DNA of 64,000 nt. It comes from Octopus bimaculoides. Taxonomy: Eukaryota. The stretch's first letter is position 1; each line of letters starts with the position of its first letter. Shown here piece after piece: positions 54,377-64,000 of the stretch. The notes under the pieces are model-generated. The model ran no database searches. It saw only the letters and a list, made by a program, of their open reading frames with translations, and had not been told where the DNA came from. Location: NCBI RefSeq assembly GCF_001194135.2, contig NC_068992.1, positions 2,409,561 to 2,473,560 of the forward strand, in the 5' to 3' direction. The position numbers were made by a program, and so were the translations under genes.

Positions 54377-54920
54377 GAGTGAGAAAGCAGTGCATGGCCA
54401 TCAAAGTGACACTGGAGTAATATATACGAAGCCCAGTATACCCATCAGATAAGGGTACACCAGGCACATGCATCACAACCATATGTGCACGACATGTTAA
54501 TCGCATATCAAAATAAACAGCACATGACCTTGCACACTGGGCCCAGTTTGAATTTTCTTCAAGTCAAGTAGCCCATCCCACTCAAAAGGTCCCTGAATAA
54601 GGGTTGTTTAAGGATGTTGAGCAAAACACCCATGTTTCCAGAGGTGAATTATTCAAACCCAAAAGAATTCCTCTCAACACATAGCTATGATGCTCCCACA
54701 CTACTTCAGCTAGAGATGAGAGATGCACATATCGTCAGCCACTAAGGGACATACTCAACTAGTTAAGGTCAAACAGCTGATAACCAAATCTGTGATATTG
54801 AGCAGAATATATGCTGTAGCCCATCTTTTATACCAAGACAAAACAATGTACATGATAACACTTCCAATCAGTTAAGATCAGAAGCCATGATAGCCACTGC
54901 CTGGTGCTGCACCTGGGCAT
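54375..54920. mobile_element. Probable LINE 3' UTR-type interspersed repeat abutting (TTA)n
   Basis: Complex, GC-richer block starting right after a TTA microsatellite; family recognised only loosely. Confidence 0.45.
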
Positions 54921-55559
54921 CTATTATTATCATTAATATTATTTTGATGACAATTTTGGCAGCTGCACTGATGACAATGAGGATGATATATATACATTTA
55001 TTTACTGAAGATGCAATTTCAAAATACATAACTCTTGAAGTTCATGAAACCAATTTTAGGAGAAAATATGAAGAATAAAACAGGAAACTTCTTTACTGTG
55101 AGCATTCAACATAAAGAACAAAATAAATAAAGGCTGTGTTTGGCTGTAAGAAACAAAGACAAGAATAACATAAATAACGGTAAATGTGACTTAGTTGGCA
55201 ATGACAGTGGCAGGTGAAAGCCTTACCTAAATGTCACAATCGTCATATATTATAAATATGCTGAAAAATCAAGAGGAATGAAGGAGAAGACCAAGGAAGA
55301 AAAGAGGAAATAAGAGAGACAGCAACGATGAGGATGACGGGGGCAGGGATATTATCTCTTCATATCTTAGAAGTCTTATGACTATAATCTGTTCATTCAT
55401 TAATCAGTCATTAATCACAAGTGAATAATATTTTAGTGAGATGAAGAATTTCATACACAAAATACGAGGTTAATCCAGACATACAAAGAAATAGGTAAAC
55501 GATGTTGGTTCTTTCACCAAATGAATGGAATTAGTTGAGTTAGTGTTCAGCTGATGTTG

Positions 55560-56150
55560 TTTTCGTTGTTGTATAAAGCTGAGGAAGAAATGTGAAAAAC
55601 AGTAAAACAGTATCAAAAGCAGTAAAACAAATAAGAACGACAGAAAGGAATAGGAAAACAGCAAAGAATGGGGGAAACAGAAAAGAATTTTAAAAAAAAA
55701 CAGAAATGAATAGCAAAACAGAAAAGAATCAGATAAACAGGACAGAATAAGGAAAACAGAAAAATAGGGAAAAAATAATGAATAATAAAAACAGCAAAAG
55801 AATAAGTAAAACAGAAAGGAATAGAAAAACAGCAAAGAATCAGCTAACCAGAGCAGAATAGGAAAACAGGAGTGGGGGGGCGAAAAGAATACAAAAGCCA
55901 GGGAGGGGTAGGAAAACAGAAAAGGATGGTGGAAAACAAAAAAGAATACAAAAACAGAAAGGAATAGGAAAACAGAAAAGGATGGATAAAACAATAACGA
56001 ATTGGAAAACAGAAAAGAAAAGGAAAATCAGTAGAGAATAAGAAAAACAAAGAATAGAAAAAGCAGAAAGGAACAGGGAAAATAAAAAAAAGAATAGGAA
56101 AAAGAAAAGAATAGAAAAAACAGAAAAGCTGGTAGAATATTGGACTAATT
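55560..56150. repeat. Degenerate purine-rich minisatellite (unit near GAATAGGAAAACAGAAAA)
   Basis: Recurring GAATAGGAAAACAG / AACAGAAAAGAAT; strongly A/G-biased on the + strand. Confidence 0.8.
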
Positions 56151-56213
56151 GGTAAACAAAAGTTCAAATGTCTTTTGTTGGGAAGTGGAGAAGAACAATT
56201 AATTCCACTTTAA

Positions 56214-56436
56214 CCTTTTTGATACCAACATGGCTGAAACTGCCTCTGGCTCTGCAGTACAAATATCTTGTCTTTCATAAGTTCTGAATTAAAATTTTCC
56301 AGTAAACCTTAGTCACAATTTATGTTCCTAACACTAGTTGAATGATAACTGAGTTATTTTACTAAATTCTTTGTTTTATTTAAAATGAATTGAAAGAAAC
56401 ACAGAGCATCTCAACAGAAATATGCTAACAAGAGGA
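56214..56436 (-). mobile_element. piggyBac-like MITE, inverted copy of 29016-29230
   Basis: TTAA-CCTTTTTGATACC...GCTAACAAGAGGA-TTAA; interior is the reverse complement of the 29 kb copy. Confidence 0.8.
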
Positions 56437-57204
56437 TTAACTCAGTTCACCTCATTCACATCATCTGGGTATGTTACAATAGATTGATTCTCAACACATT
56501 GTGAGATTTACCACCAATCTACTTCTTGCTATGAAATCAGAAGTACTAACTTTGCAAACGTTTATTCTACCTGAAAAATATTATATTTGTCGGTAGCTTT
56601 ACTTAAAGTTCTGGTACTTTTACTTTGGTGATAACATTAGCAAGTAATGTTTGTTACTAGTTGCAAATAATTATTAACAGTATTTTCATCTTCAAAGACC
56701 CAATGAAATAACTGCAGTAGAGAAAGAATTTATGAATACAGACACAAAAATCTAATATTCATGTACACTTAGTTATAATTGGGGTATATTTCTGAGTGGT
56801 GCTACTAAGTAGAACCTCGTACAAAAATATAAAGAATTCTATGAAATGGAATTGTTGATTATGAGAACAAGTCCAAAACATTAAGTGTAACGAATTACTG
56901 GCTGTTGTTTATCATATATCTTGCTGCTGCTGCTGCTGTTGTTGTTGCTGTTTATAATAAAGATTTAATGGGGCATCACATAAAACTGTTTTTATATTTT
57001 CATTCATTCATATTGAATTACCAAGAAAGAGTCAATGAACTAGCATCATTTGAATATTCATATATTCTTCACATCATTACCTAATTCTTGGAATTGGTTC
57101 AAATAGTTGAAAGTTAGCTTTCATGATATTTAAATATAAGCAAATGATTTTCCCATTCCTTGTGATTGGTATTTCGTACATGGAAACTGTTTAGAAGCCA
57201 AGCA

Positions 57205-57258
57205 TGTATCTACGTATGTGCATGTATCTACGTATGTGCATGTATCTACGTATGTGTC
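57205..57258. repeat. 18-bp tandem repeat, 3 copies
   Basis: CATGTATCTACGTATGTG repeated. Confidence 0.9.
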
Positions 57259-57875
57259 TGTCTTTTGCCAATACACACACACGTGTGTGTGTGTGTGTGT
57301 GTGTGCGTGTGAGGAGAGAATGTAATAATTGGCAATAAATCATTACTTTTCAACAGAAGATATTTTTGCACTAGCAAATCTTCTTTTGTCCTTGAAGTTC
57401 TCTTCAGTTCATTGGAAACGCATAATCAACATGGCAATTTTTCATTTATTGTCATATAAAACAAAATTGTAGAATTCAGTGTCTCACATTTAGATGTGCC
57501 TCAGTGAACTTCACCTCCTCTTCTGCCTGCTTCCATGGTTCAAGAATCGCTAAATTACTAAGGTTAAAGGTATTAGCTACACCCGACACATCTCACTCCC
57601 AACTTCTGGGGCAACGCCTTTTCCATTTTGTCTGTTAAGGCCATGAGAAATTTTCTTTTTTTTTTGTTTTTTTTTTGTTTCAGTCATTTGACAGCGACCA
57701 TACTGGAACACCAGTCTGGAGGATTTTAGTTAAACAAATCAACCCCAGGACTTATTATTTAAGCCTGGTACTTATTCTATTGGTCTCTTTTGCTGAATCG
57801 CTAAGTTACTGAAATGTAAACACACCAACATCAGTTGTCAAGCGGTGATGGGGAGGGGACATATACAGACATACA

Positions 57876-57931
<56 letters not shown>

Positions 57932-58920
57932 ATGGACTTCTTTCAATTTCTGTCTACCAAATCCACGCACAAGGCTATAGTAGAAGACACTTGTCACACA
58001 GTGGGATTGAACCCGGAACCATGTGGTTGGGAAGTATGCTTCTTACCATGCAGCCACAACTGTGCCTTAATAAAGATATAAAAACAAGAGAATGTAATAT
58101 ACTACCAAAGTGTCTTTGATAATAAAACCAGAGCACCATGCCGGTAATACCCAGCAATGCATAAACCTATGACAATATGATAAATTAGCAGAATCTCCTC
58201 AAATGAATTATCCACAACAGGAACCCTCATGTTCGATGCCCTAATTCTTTACACAAAATGCCTTTCAATAGTAGAAGCAGAGCTACAGCTAGAATAGTGA
58301 TCGAATGATTCTTCAATTAGCTAATACTTGCATGCTGTCAGTTTACTAAAGCAGAGTTAACAAGGGCTGTTCTTCGATAACAAAAACACACAACAGCACA
58401 AAAAAAGAAAAACTGGAGAAACACTGTTAATGAGACAAAAATGAATTACTATAAACCTCATATGAGAAAGCTATTTTGTAACATTGCTGCTGCTACTGCT
58501 GCTACTGCTGCTTCTGGATTTTAATGTTAGCTTGACAATAAAGAAAAAGTCAGTTTTACAGATGGTGTGAAGCTGACTCTGATCTGTTTCATTGACTTTT
58601 ACTTGACAATATCATTAAATTGTCATTTAATACTGGATAACGCTTTCAAAGATTCTCTCTTGTCAGCAATAATTAAAGACAAGCAATAAAATATGAAAAA
58701 CTCGAATTGGTCTTATTCTTTTAGCGTTTCTCCCCTTTCTCTCTTCCTATCTTAAATCATTCCCATAACAGGTGCTTCTGAGTTGCACACAACTACAAAT
58801 ACATTTTGTTTCTATTTTTATTTTAAAATGTGTCACTGATTTACAATAGAAATATGACTTCATATAATGAGTTATAGCCATGCTATATCTTCTATATTAT
58901 TATTATTATTATTATTATTT

Positions 58921-59721
58921 AGTAGTCTTATTTTTATAACGTGCTTTCACTTCACTACCAAGCGCAGCTCTGTGTGCCTTAGGCATGTGCTGTGGTTTAC
59001 TGTGATGCTCTTATGGTTACTGTATTGAAAGTGTTTTGCGTAGGATGTGTGCAGTGCATAGTAGTGCTATTTTCTGTATGTTATATATATTTGTTAGTCC
59101 TTGTGTTTTTGTTATGTCTTTGTCTGAATATTTTTTTATTATACCTAAGGCGCCTACTATGATAGGAATTGTTTCTGTTTTTAGATTCCCCGTTCGAGTT
59201 ACCTCTGTTTCCAGGTCTTTGTATTCTGAAAGTTTCTCCATCTGTTGGTATTGATATATCAATTAGAAAGCATTTTTTTCCTTCATGATCACTGACAACT
59301 ATATTTGGCCTATTGGCCTTAATTTCTCTATCTATGTGTGTTGGCATATCCATAGTATTGTTGCTTTCTCGTTTTCTGTGACCTTTTCTGGCATGTACTT
59401 ATACCATCTTTTTTCTATTGTTATTCCATAGTGTTGGCATAGCTTCCAGTGTATATAGGTCCCAACTCTGTCGTGTCTGTGAATATATTCCTTCTTAGCC
59501 AGGACTGGGCAGCCAGAGATAATATGATTTATTATTTCTTGTCCATCTCCACATATTCTACAGTTACTTGTTATGTTTCCTTTCATTATATGTTTTTGGT
59601 AATTTCTGGTGGGGAGGCTTTGGTCTTGTGCAGCAATTAAAAATCCTTCAGTCTCTGCTTTGAGTCCTGAGCTTCTCAGCCATTGCTGGAATTTTGCATT
59701 GCTTATTTCTTTTGCGTTCAT
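58921..59721 (-). mobile_element. 5'-truncated R4/Dong-type non-LTR retrotransposon (zinc knuckle plus restriction-like endonuclease), disrupted
   Basis: AETEGFLIAAQDQ, CRICG..E.INHIISGC (CCHC), RHD, RPNIVV..LIDISIP, IIVGALG, GTAHIL-like CTAHILRK; frameshifts near 59350 and 59255; (TAA)n on both flanks. Confidence 0.88.
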
Positions 59722-60125
59722 TATTATTATTATTATAATTATTATTATTATTATTATAATTATATGATCTCCTTCTACACTTATTATCTCATGGTATTCT
59801 GACACAGATGTTTGGTATGCTAAACAGTACCTTTAAGAACTTTTAACAATGGTCTTGTAACTCCAGGCTGAAGTTGGTCGACTAGTGACTACAGCATCAT
59901 ACACATTTAGACACACAAATACATATATAAAAATCTTCATGCATACACTTACTCACTCATACATATACATGCATACATACATTTTTATCAGTACATGCGT
60001 GTGAGTATGTGTATGTGTGCTAGCATACATGCATATATATATATATATATATATATACATAAATATGTGTAAGTATATATTAACATGTGTGCACATGCAC
60101 ACATATATGTGTCTGTGTGAGTGTG

Positions 60126-60156
<31 letters not shown>

Positions 60157-62019
60157 ATAATATATATATGTATATGTATGTACATATATATATATATATG
60201 TGTGTGTGTATGTGTAAGGAGAGGAGAGAGATATACAGATATGTACAAGCATATCTACCTAAACATACATACACATACACATGAGTGTATAAATAAAACA
60301 AAACAGACCGACATAAGAACAATAGATGTATACATTTGCTTTGCTGCCAAAAGCATAATGGAGAAGACTATGTGTTTTCAAAATAATAGTCCCATTTATT
60401 GTTGGAGTTGTTGGTAAAGGAATGTAGTTAATAAGAGAAACTAGCAGACTACTGCTGTCCCAACATTAAGACAATAATCTATTTATCCTTTACATTACAC
60501 ACTTATTGTTTGTATGGGTTTGAGCTTGGAGTAATGGTTGATAGTAGAGAGAAGAATGATAGAAAGAGAGGGTGCGAGAGTGAGAGAGAGAAGGGGGTGT
60601 AGTATGATTGTGAGGTAAATAGAGAGAAAAAAATTTGAAAGAAGAGTGGTTAAATAATGGAGATATTGTTTCTTGTTTATCCATCAAAATTATATTAATG
60701 ATAAATAAAATCAATATTAGATATGAAATATAACTTTTTTTTTTCACACACATGCATTTTCTTTTGGTTAATTAAGTTTCTAGTTTGAAAAATCTTGCAT
60801 ATAACCAAGTCAGCAAAAAAAGACATCATCACCACAATTAACATCATCATGGTAATGGTGAAGGTGGGAGTGAGGGTGGTGGTAATGATATACATATTTA
60901 ATACACAAGATATATCTTAGAATTAGTCTCACAACTTTTCATCGACTTAATCTCTAAGTGATTACTAATAATACTTAGTGTCTTTGCTTGTCCATAGCCT
61001 AGGGTAATGACCTAGTTTCAGTTACTTATAATATATAGTTGTTGTTCCCATATCAAGGCCCCAATCTTATATAGAATCTATGATGTATGTGTTGAGAGAC
61101 AGAAACAAATTGTTTCGCTAACTTGCAGATTTTACCAAAAAATTCTCCAACAGACTACTTTTAAGGAAAGGACAAATCTTTCCAGTGAATTCTGACTTAA
61201 TGACATGTTTAGATATATTCCAATGACCCCAGTTACTTGTAACTGGTTTCCCTATAGTTGAGTGGTGTGGGAACAATAACCTTCACCAGTGTCACACAAC
61301 CAGCCCACGCAAAAGTACCTTGGACCGTAGGGTGACACACCGTGCTTGGGAAAACCTACTGAGTCAAGTACATCAAATTCAAATCAAATTACAATCAAAT
61401 GGAAATTGCAGTTGTGATCCCCGTGCCGGTGGCACGTAAAAAGCACCTTCTGAATGTGGCCGATGTCAGTGCCGCCTTGACTGGCTTCTGTGCCGGTGGC
61501 ACATAAAAAGCACCATCTGATTGTGGTCAATGCCAGCCCCTTCTGGCCCCTGTGCTGGCAGCACATAAAAAGCACCCACTACATTCTCAGAGTGGTTGGC
61601 ATTTGGAAGCACATCCAGCTGTAGAAACATTGCCAGATTAAACTGGAGCCTGGTACAGCCTCCTGGCTTTCCAGACCCCAGACGAACCATCCAACCCATG
61701 CCAGCATGGAAAACAGACATTAAACGATGATGATGATGATGATGATGATTTACATGAAGTGTTTGGCGTTCAGACATTCATAGGTTGTCATAAAATATCT
61801 GCTACAAGAAGTCACATGTTATGTCCAGATATGCCAAAATCTCTACGAACCATGCAAACCATTGTGAAAAAAGCTATGAAAATATTTCACAAAGGCATAA
61901 ATGATTAGAGAAAGGGTTTTATGTTTTGTCCCTTCTTAAAATACTAAAAACTCAATGATCATAGAGAAGTGAAATCAATGATTCACAGCAAGTTGTTTGA
62001 AGAAAGTGTAGTATACATT

Positions 62020-62480
62020 TCAAATTTTGGCAAAATACCTGCAAATTCAGCAGAGGAGGGTGAATCAATTACATCGTCCTCGCTACTGAACAGGTGATTA
62101 TTTCATTGACTCTGAAGGATTGGAGGGCAAAGCTGACCTCAACAAAATTTGAACTCAGAGTATAAAGACAGATGAAATGTTCATTATTTACATTATTTAC
62201 ATTTGATGGATATTTGTCCTCGTCTTGTTTATTGTTAACACAACGTTTCGGCTGATATACCTTCCAGCCTTCATCAGGTGTATTGGGGAAATTTCGAACC
62301 TGGGTTCTCATTCCTAAGGTATTTTTTTATGTTTTTATTATTATTATTATTCAGGTCATCTTAACGACTACACCATATGCCCGTGGGCAATTATGAACTG
62401 AAATGTTGGAATGAAATTATGGAGATGAAATGCTGCTATGCATTCTGCCCAGCATGTTAATAATTCTGCCAGGTTACCAA
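62020..62480 (-). mobile_element. Family-1 SINE split by a younger 243-bp insertion
   Basis: SINE body at 62020-62179 resumes at 62423-62480; AGATGAAATG is duplicated at 62170-62179 and 62423-62432. Confidence 0.75.
62237..62282 (-). ncRNA. Minimal type-I hammerhead ribozyme motif
   Basis: Minus strand: ACAC-CUGAUGA-A-GGCUG(GAAGGUAUAU)CAGCC-GAAAC-GUU-GUGU. Conserved core, 5-bp helix II, palindromic AACGUU in place of helix III, and helix I ACAC/GUGU. Confidence 0.75.
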
Positions 62481-62511
62481 CTTACTGGTTTTAAATACTA
62501 GTTTTAAATTT

Positions 62512-62572
62512 TGGCTGGAATCAAACTCGGAATCTTGGGGTTAGTAGCCTGCGCTCTTAACCACTACGCCAT
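62512..62572 (-). mobile_element. tRNA-like SINE head fragment
   Basis: Reverse complement GGCGTAGTGGTTAAGAGCGC..GAGTTTGATTCC has A/B-box-like motifs; no acceptor stem or complete cloverleaf. Confidence 0.65.
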
Positions 62573-63040
62573 ATATAAATAATGTAAACAATGTACATAA
62601 TTCCTCATCTTTTCAATATAGAACTGTATTATGCACACATAACTTTACAATTTTCCCTGGAATACACCTATTTTCTATACTGTCATCTTATCCCACTTTT
62701 GCGTTTTATTCTATTGATGTCAAAACTGAACAGCATACGTATATATTATAGCACATTTGTGTATCAACTCATATCTAGTCTATCGACTTGTATTTTTATA
62801 TAAGTTAAAATAAGTTTATTTATATACGTAATTGAATGTATAGAAAGAGCACTTACAGTTACAGTATCTGAATATATTTCAACGATGTGGCCATCGCAAA
62901 GTTATACATTATTAATTTATTTCTTGATTTAATGAAGTTTTCAAAATACAAGAACTTTTGGAAATTGTGTTAGGTACAGAATTTTATATTATTCAGCATA
63001 CAGCTGAACTAGACTGCCAATGGTTGGTTGCAATGATGTA

Positions 63041-63520
63041 GTGATACAGACCGCACTTAGCAGAAGGTGACTAATGTGATGTGTAACCCTGGGGATATAA
63101 GCATCTCTTAGAGGAACTGAAATGCTATGTATCTGTGGTGATACAGATTTCAGTTAGCAAGACTTAAATGATGTGTTTCCATGGTGATACAGACCTCACT
63201 TAGCAGAGCTCAAATAACGTGTATCCATAGTGATACAGATCTTACTTAGCAAGACTAAAGTGATATATGCCCATGGTGATATATGCATCTTTTAGAGGGA
63301 CTAAAATTCTATGTATCCATGGTGATACAGATATCAATTAGCAGGAATTAGGTGATGTGTGCCTATGGTGATATAAGCATCTCTTAGAGGGACTTAAATG
63401 CCATGTGTCCATGGTGATACAGACTTCACCTAGAGAAATTATGTGATGTGTATCCATGGTGATAAAGGCTTCAGTTAGAGGGATTAAAGTGGTGTGTATC
63501 CATGGTGATACAAACCTCAG
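63041..63520. repeat. Diverged 46-bp tandem array, about 11 units
   Basis: GTGATA (GGGATA in one unit) anchors at 63041, 63092, 63138, 63184, 63230, 63276, 63322, 63368, 63414, 63459 and 63505. Confidence 0.9.
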
Positions 63521-64000
63521 ATATGATAATCATGCAGGAAAGCATCTGTCATGATATAATAGCAACCATATATTAAAAAAAAAAGAGAGTATTTAAATCC
63601 TGAAATGAGTTCAAATCATTATTGATTAATTATGATTTTATTAATGTGGGCTGCCATTATTTGACATCACATGTACAATAATGTATAACATGACTCAATT
63701 TAAATTTGATAATATTTGTTGGAGTTTAATTGGTTAAAACCATATGGGATATATTAGATAAGGGATTTGGTTGAGCACAAGTTGAAGATCAAAAGCTTCC
63801 AGAATGACCAGGAAATATTGTGATTAAAAGTGAATATTTTAGATACCAAAGAAGAATGTATGCAGTCGAAATGATGATAGTGTTTTTAGCAAATGTATAT
63901 GTGATTTGATTACACAGCTTAAAATGTAATTATTATATTTGATATAAACTAAAAGAATCCTTTAAATATTGCTATTTCAATTACATATCATTACTACAAA

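Noticed and set aside
4487-62572. tRNA genes
   Set aside because: All A/B-box sequences run into SINE bodies and lack complete cloverleaves.
63041-63520. CRISPR-like array
   Set aside because: The variable segments are homologous to each other rather than unique spacers, there are no cas genes, and the context is eukaryotic.
1-64000. Long ORFs rich in Y/I, C/V, H/T, poly-V/A or X in the ORF track
   Set aside because: They are translations of microsatellites, trinucleotide tracts and N gaps.

Overview
AT-rich, repeat-dense animal genomic DNA from a draft assembly with N gaps, most of them next to microsatellites. The tRNA-headed SINE families look like those of octopod cephalopods; this is inferred from sequence recall, not a database search. 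I found no rRNA, true tRNA gene, CRISPR array or protein I can name, and most listed ORFs are translations of (TA)n, (CA)n, (GATA)n or trinucleotide repeats. Supported content: many SINE copies; LINE fossils (CR1/L2, RTE, an R4/Dong-type 3' fragment flanked by (TAA)n, a Penelope-like remnant); and several MITEs (TA-, TTAA- and AAAATT-flanked, plus hAT/Charlie-like). Low-confidence minus-strand exons lie at 34.2-37.2 kb. The most interesting observations are: (1) an apparently intact minimal hammerhead ribozyme in a 243-bp TSD-flanked insert at 62.2 kb, plus decayed relatives; (2) a MITE with nested inverted repeats around a (CCCTAA)n/(TTAGGG)n palindrome at 11.2-11.9 kb; (3) a CpG-rich to CpG-depleted transition near 25-26 kb; (4) a possible 5-nt microexon or recursive splice site at 36.87 kb; (5) a diverged 46-bp, two-subtype tandem array at 63.0-63.5 kb.
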